From NCBI GenBank assembly GCA_041492755.1, contig JBGPXN010000148.1:1-11544 (forward strand): a DNA stretch of 11,544 bases, read 5' to 3'. The DNA comes from Candidatus Methylomirabilia bacterium (GTDB lineage Bacteria > Methylomirabilota > Methylomirabilia > Rokubacteriales > CSP1-6). A program made the position numbers and the translations under genes. The stretch's first letter is position 1. Every line of letters starts with the position of its first letter. Shown here piece by piece: positions 1-6,928 of this stretch. Below the pieces are notes generated by a model that worked only from the letters and a program-made list of their open reading frames with translations, did no database searches and was not told where the DNA came from.

Positions 1-282
1 CGAGATGTAGAGACGACCCACGTGCGTGGTGGTGAACGTGACGTCGACGAGCGGCGCTGCCTTGGACACGCGTGCCTTCGCGAGCCGGTCGAGCGTGCCT
101 CCGACCTCGAACTCGACGGGGATGCCCGTCTTCTCGGTGAACGCTTTCCCGACGACCTTTTCGACGGTGTCCTTCCAGTTCCCGCCCCACACGCTCACCA
201 CGAGCGGGTCGGCGGCGAAGGCGGGGGAGACCAGTGCCGCGACCAGCAAAAGACCGCACGTCAGCCGTGATGCGCGCCTCAT
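1..282 (-). CDS. ABC transporter extracellular solute-binding protein, PotD/family 1-6-like (N-terminal 94 codons; runs off window start)
   Basis: Not in the ORF track. Manual translation from ATG at 282-280: MRRASRLTCGLLLVAALVSPAFA|ADPLVVSVWGGNWKDTVEKVVGKAFTEKTGIPVEFEVGGTLDRLAKARVSKAAPLVDVTFTTTH... It has a Sec signal with an AFA cleavage site and the 'LVVSVWGG...F..KTGI.V' SBP start. A strong SD (AAGGAGGAG) lies just upstream and GC3 is high. Confidence 0.88.
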   Translation of the reverse strand, partial: MRRASRLTCGLLLVAALVSPAFAADPLVVSVWGGNWKDTVEKVVGKAFTEKTGIPVEFEVGGTLDRLAKARVSKAAPLVDVTFTTTHVGRLYIS

Positions 283-322
283 CGGCTCCTCCTTGGGAAG
301 CTCGGACGTTCTCGGAGCCGCC

Positions 323-352
323 ACTCTACCCCTGGACGCCGGGCCCGGACAA
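323..352 (-). promoter_or_regulatory. Putative sigma70-type promoter for the leftward SBP gene
   Basis: Minus strand TTGTCC (352-347), 18-nt spacer, TAGAGT (328-323), about 40 nt upstream of the ATG at 282. Confidence 0.45.
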
Positions 353-409
353 GGCGTGGCTGCCGTCGGTGCACCATCAACACGGCCCCCGGACCATGGC
401 CGCTCCAAC

Positions 410-438
410 TTGACCACCGTGTCGCAACTCGATAGCCT
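410..438 (+). promoter_or_regulatory. Putative sigma70-type promoter of the hybrid kinase (near-leaderless transcript)
   Basis: TTGACC (410-415), 17-nt spacer, TAGCCT (433-438). The GTG start follows 8 nt later at 447 with no SD. Confidence 0.6.
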
Positions 439-446
439 CGGTCGCG

Positions 447-2264
447 GTGAAGCGGTTCCTGTTCAGCCGGTTCGCCGTGCTTGCCCTGGGCTGCGTGGTC
501 GGCTTGGCCCTGGTGATGGGCTTTGTCCTCTCCACGCTGCTGACCAGGGCCGTGTCGACGTGGGAGTGGCAGAACACGGCCGCGCTCGTCCAGCGCGAGG
601 TCCAGAGGGCCGGGCTCGCGGACGTCTTCGCCGCCCCGGGTTCCGACCGCCGTCTCGAGCTCGCCCAGTTGCTGACGACTCTTCCCGAGGTCGTTCGCGT
701 CAAGATGTGGGACCCGAGCAGCGCCGTCATCTGGTCGGACGCGCCCGAGCTCGTCGGCCAGCGCTTTCCCGACAACGGCGAGCTGCAGCAGGCGCTCGCG
801 GGTGAGGTGGCGGTCGAGATCAAGCCGCTGACCAAGCGGGAGCAAGCCTCCGAGCGCGCCAGTCACGCCGTCCTCGCCGAGGTGTACGTTCCGGTGAAGG
901 ACGGCAGCGGGCGCGTGGTGGGCGTCGTCGAGGTGTACAAGGTCCCCGGTCAATTGTTCAGCACCATCCGGACCGGTCGCCTCGTCATCTGGTCCATCTC
1001 GCTGGCCGGCGGCCTGGTGCTGGGCCTCGTGCTCCTGCCGCTGCTCACCCAGGTGTATCGTCGCGAGGTCGAAGAGCGGACGCTGCGGGCCCACGCCGCG
1101 CGGCTGGCCGAGGAGGTGGAGAGCCGCACGGCCCAGCTCCTGCAAGCGCAAAAGATGCAGGCGGTCGGGCTCCTCGCCGGTGGCATCGCCCACGACTTCA
1201 GCAACCTGTTGACCGTCATCGCCGGCCGCAGCCGCCTCCTGCGCTCCGGCCTGATGCGCGGTGACCCGCGTCGCGTCGACGCCGACACCATCGTCGAAAC
1301 CGCCGAGCGCGCGGGCCGCCTCACCCGCCAGCTCCTCGCCTTCAGCCGCAACCAGCCCTTCGAGCCGGTGGCCCTGTACCTGAACAGCGTGGTGACCGAC
1401 ACCGAGCACATGCTGCGCCCCTTGCTTCCCGAGACGGTCGATCTGACGCTGCGGCTCGACATGGGCCTCGGTCAAATCACGGCCGACCCGACCCAGATCG
1501 AGCAGGTGCTCCTGAACCTCGTGGTCAACGCCCGCGATGCCATGCCGCAGGGTGGCCGCCTCACGCTCACGACCTCGAACGTGGAGATCGGCGCGTCGTC
1601 GACGAACGGCTCGCCGCCGCCGCCGGGCCGCTACGTGATGCTGGCCGTCGGCGACACGGGGACCGGGATGGACGCCGCCACCCAGGCCCGCGTGTTCGAG
1701 CCGTTCTTCACCACCAAGCCGCCCGACCAGGGCACCGGCCTCGGACTGTCCACGGTGTACGGCATCGTGGAGCGACACGGCGGCTGCGTCACGGTGGAAA
1801 GCACCCCCGGCGTCGGCAGCACGTTTCGCATCTACCTGCCCCGCGTCGACGCGCTGGCGACCGCCCCGTCCTCCGACGCCGATGCCCTGGTCGTCACCCA
1901 CGCCGGGGAGACCGTGCTCGTGGTGGAAGACGAGGACAGCGTGCGCGCGTTCACCGTGGACGTGCTGCGCCAGGCCGGGTACACGCTCCTCGAAGCCCGC
2001 GACGGGAACGCGGCGCTGGATCTCGCCGGCCGGCACGCCGGCCCCATCGACTTGCTCGTCTGCGATCTCGTCATGCCGGGATTGATGGGGTCCGAGCTGG
2101 CCGAGCGTCTGATGGCGGCCCGGCCGGAGACGCGCACGCTGTTCATGACCGGCTATGCCTCGCTCGACCGTGAAGGCCTCGGCTCGCTCCTCTACAAACC
2201 GTTCACCCCGGCCGCGCTGACGCGCCGGGTCCGCGAGGCGCTGGACGCGACCGCCACCGCGTGA
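447..2264 (+). CDS. Membrane-bound hybrid sensor histidine kinase/response regulator (CckA-like HisKA + HATPase_c + REC)
   Basis: Two hydrophobic TM segments flank a ~145-aa sensor region. H-box LAGGIAHDFSNLL; N-box EQVLLNLVVNARDAM; G1 DTGTGM; F-box FEPFFTTK; G2 GTGLGLSTVYGIV. C-terminal REC: VLVVEDE...LLVCDLVMPG...FMTGY...KPF. Confidence 0.95.
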   Translation: MKRFLFSRFAVLALGCVVGLALVMGFVLSTLLTRAVSTWEWQNTAALVQREVQRAGLADVFAAPGSDRRLELAQLLTTLPEVVRVKMWDPSSAVIWSDAPELVGQRFPDNGELQQALAGEVAVEIKPLTKREQASERASHAVLAEVYVPVKDGSGRVVGVVEVYKVPGQLFSTIRTGRLVIWSISLAGGLVLGLVLLPLLTQVYRREVEERTLRAHAARLAEEVESRTAQLLQAQKMQAVGLLAGGIAHDFSNLLTVIAGRSRLLRSGLMRGDPRRVDADTIVETAERAGRLTRQLLAFSRNQPFEPVALYLNSVVTDTEHMLRPLLPETVDLTLRLDMGLGQITADPTQIEQVLLNLVVNARDAMPQGGRLTLTTSNVEIGASSTNGSPPPPGRYVMLAVGDTGTGMDAATQARVFEPFFTTKPPDQGTGLGLSTVYGIVERHGGCVTVESTPGVGSTFRIYLPRVDALATAPSSDADALVVTHAGETVLVVEDEDSVRAFTVDVLRQAGYTLLEARDGNAALDLAGRHAGPIDLLVCDLVMPGLMGSELAERLMAARPETRTLFMTGYASLDREGLGSLLYKPFTPAALTRRVREALDATATA

Positions 2265-2276
2265 GCGGCGGCCACC

Positions 2277-2305
2277 TCGACATCGCCGGCTCCATCCCGT
2301 ATGGT
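2277..2305 (+). promoter_or_regulatory. Putative sigma70-type promoter of the LLM-SBP unit
   Basis: TCGACA (2277-2282), 17-nt spacer, TATGGT (2300-2305) in the 49-bp intergenic gap. The GTG at 2314 follows 8 nt later with no SD. Confidence 0.6.
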
Positions 2306-2313
2306 GAGCGGCC

Positions 2314-3432
2314 GTGACCAGCATGCAGGTCTACGCGTTCGATCTGGTGCCGTGGCCGTATCTCGACGAGGCATCCTACTATCCGGATCCCAACCGGCTG
2401 TTCGATCCGGTGCGCGGCCGGCAGGTGTACGACGAGCACCTGCAGCAGATGGAGATGTACGAGGCGTACGGCTACGACGCCATCTGCATCAACGAGCACC
2501 ACGCCAAGCCGTACGGCCTCATGCCGTCGCCGAATCTCATGGCGGCGGCCCTCACCCAGCGCACGAAGCGGATCAAGATCGGGATCTTCGGCAACCTGGC
2601 CGCGCTCCACGCGCATCCGATCCGGCTCGCCGAGGAGATCGCCATGCTCGACGTCTTGTCGGGCGGCCGCATCATCTCGGGCTTCGTCCGTGGCGTGCCC
2701 CAGGAGTATCTCGCGATGAGCGTGCCGCTCTCGGAAGCCCGCGAGCGTCTCAACGAGGCGTGGGATCTCGTGGTCAAGGCGTGGACCACGCACGAGCCGT
2801 TCGACTGGCGCGGCAAGTACTGGACCTACGAGCGCGTCTCGATCTGGCCCCGGCCGCTGCAGCAGCCGCACCCGCCGATCATGATGCCGGCCGACAGCGA
2901 CGACGGCCTCGAGACGGCGGCGCGGCGGCGGGTGCCGACGGGTGTCGCGTACCGGTCCACCGGACGCTCGCGCGCCACGCTCGACAGGTACCGCGCGTTC
3001 GCCGCGAAGCACGGATGGACGCCGGGACCCGAGCATTGCCATCTGCTCCGGAACGTCTACGTGGCGGAGAGCAACGCGCGGGCGCGTGAGGAGGCGGCAG
3101 CGCACCTCGAGTACATGTTCCAGAAGCTCCTCTCGTATCACCGTGGCGCCATGAAGCTGCTCGGACAGACCGCGCCGCCGCGCCCGGCCGAGATCCGCTC
3201 CGCCGAGGACCTGCCGTTCTACGAGTTCGATTTCGACCTCTGCCAGAGGGAAGGGATCTCGATCATCGGCGACCCCGACTACGTCACCCGCGAGATCCAG
3301 CGGCAGATGCGGGAGCTGGGCGCCGGCGTCTTCATGGGGCTGTTCCAGTTCGGCAGCATGCCGCACGACCTCGCGCAGAAGAACATCCGACTGTTCGGCG
3401 AGAAGGTCCTGCCCGCGCTCAAGCGCGGGTGA
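2314..3432 (+). CDS. LLM class (luciferase-like) flavin-dependent oxidoreductase/monooxygenase
   Basis: Motifs INEHH, MPSP, TKRIKIG, HPIRLAEEIAMLDVLSGGR, G.VRG and PRPLQQPHPPI, ending in RLFGEKVLPAL. Start is GTG 2314 or ATG 2323. Confidence 0.93.
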   Translation: MTSMQVYAFDLVPWPYLDEASYYPDPNRLFDPVRGRQVYDEHLQQMEMYEAYGYDAICINEHHAKPYGLMPSPNLMAAALTQRTKRIKIGIFGNLAALHAHPIRLAEEIAMLDVLSGGRIISGFVRGVPQEYLAMSVPLSEARERLNEAWDLVVKAWTTHEPFDWRGKYWTYERVSIWPRPLQQPHPPIMMPADSDDGLETAARRRVPTGVAYRSTGRSRATLDRYRAFAAKHGWTPGPEHCHLLRNVYVAESNARAREEAAAHLEYMFQKLLSYHRGAMKLLGQTAPPRPAEIRSAEDLPFYEFDFDLCQREGISIIGDPDYVTREIQRQMRELGAGVFMGLFQFGSMPHDLAQKNIRLFGEKVLPALKRG

Positions 3433-3446
3433 GGGAGGCGACGACC

Positions 3447-4718
3447 ATGGCTCACCACGGAGTGCGCCCGACCTGCCGTCACCTGGCCGCGATCGCCGGC
3501 GTGCTCATGGTGGCGCTGCTCGTACCGGTCGCAACCGCCGGCGCGCAGGCATCCGCGCCGAGCGGGCCGATCACCATCGGCGTGCTCGCGCCCATCACCG
3601 GTCCCTTCGCGGCGTTCGCCAAGGACATCGTCGACGGCGCCCGGCTCTACTCCGACGATGGCAAGGGGCAGATCGGCGGGCGCAAGCTGAACCTGATCGT
3701 GGAAGACTACGCGGTCAAGCCGGACGTGGCGCTCACGAAGATCCGCAAGCTCGTCGAGCGCGATCGCGCCCACGCCGTCGTCGGGATCGTGCTGTCCTCG
3801 GCCGCGCTGGCCGTGAAGGACTACGTAAATACGCAGAAGGTTCCGCTGCTCATCTCCGGTTTCGCGGTGGCCGAGAGCCTGACCCTGCAGCAAAATCCGT
3901 ACGTCTTCCGGCTCACCTACAGCGGGAGCATGACCGGGGCACCGATCGGCCAGTGGGCGTATCGCTCGCTGAAGGCGCGGCGGGCCGCGATCATCGCCTC
4001 GGACAGCGTCGGACCGATCGAGATCATCATGGCGTGGGCCCGCGCGTTCGAGGAGTCCGGTGGCAAGGTGGTGCAGGAGATCTACGCGCCGCTCGGCACC
4101 GCGGACTTCGCACCGTACATCGCCCAACTCCGCAAGGACGTGGACGTCATCGGCGTGCAGACGGTGGGCGCGGACGGGGTTCGCTTCGTGCAGCAGTTCC
4201 AGGAGTTCGGGCTGAAGGGCAAGATCCCGCTCGTCGACGCGTCGGTCGGATTCAGCGACGTGTCGCTGCTGCCCGCGGCCGGCGACGCGGCGGTGGGCGG
4301 CTACAACAGCCAGCCCTACCAGTACACGCTCGACACGCCGAGGAACCGGAAGTTCGTGCAGGCGTTCCGCGCCAAGTTCGGCCGCGACCCCGGCTGTCCC
4401 GCCGCGTTCACCTACGCGGCCCTGACCGCCATCGAGCAGGCCGCGAAGGCGACCGGCGGCAACCTCGAAGACTCGGCGAGGTTCATTGACGCCCTCCGGA
4501 AGACGGACATCGAGGCGCCACAGGGTCGCGTGCGCTTCGACCGCTTCCAGAACGTCGTGACCGACATCTACATCAGCCGCATCGACAAGGTCGGCGGCCA
4601 GGTCGTGCCCGTCGTCATCGACACCGTCCGCGGCGTCGACCAGTTCCTCGGCGCCGACCCCGCCGAGTACCTCAAGAAGCCCCGCCTGGTAAACCTCAAA
4701 GGCACCTTCGGCAAGTAA
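3447..4718 (+). CDS. ABC transporter substrate-binding protein, Leu/Ile/Val (Peripla_BP_6)-type, aromatic-compound-binding-like
   Basis: SD GGGAGG at 3433-3438 precedes ATG 3447, preferred over the track start at 3429. Signal peptide, then ITIGVLAPITGPFA, IGGRKLNLIVED, PLGTADFAPYI, DTPRNRKFV.AFRAKFG and APQGRVRFD. Confidence 0.92.
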   Translation: MAHHGVRPTCRHLAAIAGVLMVALLVPVATAGAQASAPSGPITIGVLAPITGPFAAFAKDIVDGARLYSDDGKGQIGGRKLNLIVEDYAVKPDVALTKIRKLVERDRAHAVVGIVLSSAALAVKDYVNTQKVPLLISGFAVAESLTLQQNPYVFRLTYSGSMTGAPIGQWAYRSLKARRAAIIASDSVGPIEIIMAWARAFEESGGKVVQEIYAPLGTADFAPYIAQLRKDVDVIGVQTVGADGVRFVQQFQEFGLKGKIPLVDASVGFSDVSLLPAAGDAAVGGYNSQPYQYTLDTPRNRKFVQAFRAKFGRDPGCPAAFTYAALTAIEQAAKATGGNLEDSARFIDALRKTDIEAPQGRVRFDRFQNVVTDIYISRIDKVGGQVVPVVIDTVRGVDQFLGADPAEYLKKPRLVNLKGTFGK

Positions 4719-4859
4719 CGCCGAATCGAGGCGCGCCACTGTTCGCCCCGGCGTGACAGGCGCCCGCGGCGGACCGAGCGCGCGACGGGTCGCCCGGGCG
4801 CCACAAGCGCCAACGGCATTCGGTGAGGGCCGTTGGCGCTGACAAGCACGAACTCGTGT
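4718..4859. repeat. Array of four consecutive GC-rich stem-loops joined by (G)ACA linkers
   Basis: H1 ACGCCG 4718-4723 / CGGCGT 4749-4754. H2 GGCGCCCG 4759-4766 / CGGGCGCC 4795-4802 with an imperfect inner stem. H3 perfect 12-bp AGCGCCAACGGC 4806-4817 / GCCGTTGGCGCT 4829-4840. H4 GCACGA/TCGTGT 4846-4859. Confidence 0.6.
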
Positions 4860-4924
4860 CGATCCGGTGACGTCGTTGCCGCGCCGATGAGCGCCACGGA
4901 AGCTCCCGGGCTTGCCCCACGGGC

Positions 4925-4930
4925 TATGAT
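4925..4930 (+). promoter_or_regulatory. Possible -10 element for the family-5 SBP gene
   Basis: TATGAT (5/6 match to TATAAT), 43 nt before ATG 4974. No recognisable -35 at canonical spacing. Confidence 0.4.
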
Positions 4931-4973
4931 GGTGCGCACCGTTGTTCGCGTCGCATCCGAAAGGGAGGGGTTC

Positions 4974-6512
4974 ATGAGGCGATGCACGTCCCACGTTCGC
5001 ACTCTGTCACTGGGCGTCCTGCTGCTGCTCGGCTGCGCCATCCCCGCGGCGGCCGCGCCAGAGGGCACGATGACCTGGGGCCTCCACGTCACGCTGGCGT
5101 CGCGCTGGCTGGACCCGGCCGAGACCGAAGCGCTCATCACGCCGTTCATGGTCCTCTACGCGATCCACGACGCGCTGGTGAAGCCCATGCCGGGCGGGAG
5201 CAACACGCCGAGCCTCGCCGAATCGTGGACGGTGTCGAAGGACGGGCTCGTGTACGAGTTCGTCCTGCGCAAGGGGGTGAAGTTCCACAACGGCGACCCG
5301 GTGACCGCGGAGGACGTCAAGTTCTCGTTCGATCGATATCGGGGCGCGTCGGCGAAGCTGCTCAAGGACCGGGTGCGGGAGGTGCAGATCGTCGATCCCG
5401 CGCGCGTGCGCATCCACCTCAAGGAGCCGTGGCCGGACTTCATGACCTTCTATGGCACGTCGGCCACCGGTGCGGCGTGGATCGTCCCGAAGAAGTACGT
5501 CGAGAAGGTCGGCGACGATGGCTTCAAGAAGGCGCCGATCGGGGCGGGACCCTACAAGGTCGTCAGCTTCAACCCCGGCATCGAGCTCGTGATGGAGGCC
5601 TGGGACGGCTACTGGCGCAAGGCGCCCAACGTCAAGCGGCTCGTGTTCAAGAGCATGCCCGAGGAGACGACGCGCGCGGCCGCCCTCAAGAAGGGCGAGG
5701 TCGACGTCGTCTACCTTCTGAGCGGACCCGTCGCCGAAGACATCAGGAAGACCCCAGGCCTGCGGCTGGCCGCCGCGCAGCCGCCGGGTGTCTTCTGGCT
5801 CGACTTCCCGGCGCAGTTCGATCCGAAGTCGCCGTGGCACGACCGGCGCGTGCGCCTGGCGGCCAGTCACGCCCTCGATCGGCAGGCCCTCAACCAGGCC
5901 GAGACGCTCGGTTTCTCGCACCCGACCGGTAGTCTCCTGCACCGCAGCCTCGACTTCACGAAGGCGTTTCCACCGCACCCCTACGATCCGGCGCGATCGA
6001 AGCAGCTCCTCGCCGAGGCCGGCTATCCCAATGGCTTCGACGCCGGCGACCTCACGCCGTTGCCGCCGTACACCACGCTCGGGGAGGCGGTCGCCAACTA
6101 CCTCGGCGCGGTGGGCATTCGCGCACGGGTTCGGACGATGGAGCGCGCGACCTTCCTCAGCGAATGGCGCGAGCGCCGGCTCAAGGGCGTCATCCTCGGC
6201 GTCGCCGGCGCGGCCGGCAACGCCGCCACGCGGCTCGAGGCGTACGTGGCGAAGAACGGGATCTATGCCGCCGGTGTGTTCCCCGAGATCGAGGACCTCT
6301 TCGTGCGGCAGGCGCGGGAGATGGACCGCAAGAAGCGCGAGGCGCTGGTTCACCAGATCCAGCAGTTCATCTATGACCGCGTGACGCACGTCCCCGTCTA
6401 CGAGCTGGCCTTCCTCTGGGGCGTCGGGTCGCGGGTGGAGGAGGCGGGTGTGGACCAGATCAAGGGCTTCGCGTACACGGGCCCGTACGAAGACCTCAAG
6501 CTGAAGAAATGA
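4974..6512 (+). CDS. ABC transporter substrate-binding protein, family 5 (peptide/nickel/opine class)
   Basis: SD AAGGGAGG precedes ATG 4974; the track start at 4833 is an upstream over-extension. Family-5 signature PSLAESWTVSKDGLVYEFVLRKGVKFHNGDPVTAEDVKFSF, plus PIGAGPYK, DRRVRLA, LLAEAGYPNGF. Confidence 0.94.
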   Translation: MRRCTSHVRTLSLGVLLLLGCAIPAAAAPEGTMTWGLHVTLASRWLDPAETEALITPFMVLYAIHDALVKPMPGGSNTPSLAESWTVSKDGLVYEFVLRKGVKFHNGDPVTAEDVKFSFDRYRGASAKLLKDRVREVQIVDPARVRIHLKEPWPDFMTFYGTSATGAAWIVPKKYVEKVGDDGFKKAPIGAGPYKVVSFNPGIELVMEAWDGYWRKAPNVKRLVFKSMPEETTRAAALKKGEVDVVYLLSGPVAEDIRKTPGLRLAAAQPPGVFWLDFPAQFDPKSPWHDRRVRLAASHALDRQALNQAETLGFSHPTGSLLHRSLDFTKAFPPHPYDPARSKQLLAEAGYPNGFDAGDLTPLPPYTTLGEAVANYLGAVGIRARVRTMERATFLSEWRERRLKGVILGVAGAAGNAATRLEAYVAKNGIYAAGVFPEIEDLFVRQAREMDRKKREALVHQIQQFIYDRVTHVPVYELAFLWGVGSRVEEAGVDQIKGFAYTGPYEDLKLKK

Positions 6513-6907
6513 TGGACGGCGCCGCCGAGCGCAAGCGGCTCGAAGACCTGACCCTCCGCTTCACCGAGGCCTTCAACCGGGACGACCTCGACGGCGTCAT
6601 GGCGATGATGACCGACGCCGCCGTCTACGAAGAGTTCACCGGCGCCGTGCACCGCGGCCGGGCGTCGATCCGCGCCGCGTTCGAGCCCCAGTTCCGCGGC
6701 GACTTCGGCAAGCTCCGCTTCCACACCGAAGACCTGTTCGTGGATGCGGCGTCAGGCAAGGCGCTGATCCGCTGGCAGTGCACCCTCGAGACGAAAAAAG
6801 GTCCCGCCGCCTGGCGCGGCCTCGACGTCCTCCACTTCGAGGGCGACCGCGTGAAGCAAAAGCACACCTACGCGAAAGCCAAAGTCCCGCTCCTCGTCGC
6901 CACCTGA
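6509..6907 (+). CDS. SnoaL-like / nuclear transport factor 2 (NTF2) family protein
   Basis: RFTEAFNRDDLDGVMAMMTDAAVY...HRGRASIRAAF...WRGLDVLHFEGDRV pattern. The start overlaps the upstream stop (ATGA at 6509-6512). Confidence 0.88.
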   Translation: MMDGAAERKRLEDLTLRFTEAFNRDDLDGVMAMMTDAAVYEEFTGAVHRGRASIRAAFEPQFRGDFGKLRFHTEDLFVDAASGKALIRWQCTLETKKGPAAWRGLDVLHFEGDRVKQKHTYAKAKVPLLVAT

Positions 6908-6911
6908 GCGG

Positions 6912-6928
6912 AGCCCCCCTCCGGGGCT
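6912..6928. terminator. Short hairpin between convergent genes (possible terminator/pause element)
   Basis: AGCCCC-cctcc-GGGGCT, a 6-bp stem filling the 19-bp gap between convergent stops. No U-tract. Confidence 0.35.

Noticed and set aside
283..320. 7-bp stem (CGGCTCC/GGAGCCG) that could sequester the SD of the leftward SBP, riboswitch-like
   Set aside because: The predicted -10 at 328-323 puts the TSS near 316, so most of the 5' arm would not be transcribed. There is no room for an aptamer.
4718..4860. Interpretation as a CRISPR mini-array, integron attC site or cobalamin riboswitch (GCCACTG at 4735-4741)
   Set aside because: The repeats are short and degenerate with self-complementary 'spacers' and no cas genes. 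The AAC...GTT arms do not fit RYYYAAC/GTTRRRY and the element is too short for attC. The other cobalamin motifs (GGGAA elements) are absent.
4974..5060. Tat or lipoprotein signal in the family-5 SBP (MRR..., LLGC); MRR also starts the leftward SBP
   Set aside because: No S/T-R-R-x-F-L-K consensus. An AAA|APEG signal peptidase I site follows the Cys, so ordinary Sec export is the simpler reading. SignalP 6 would settle it.
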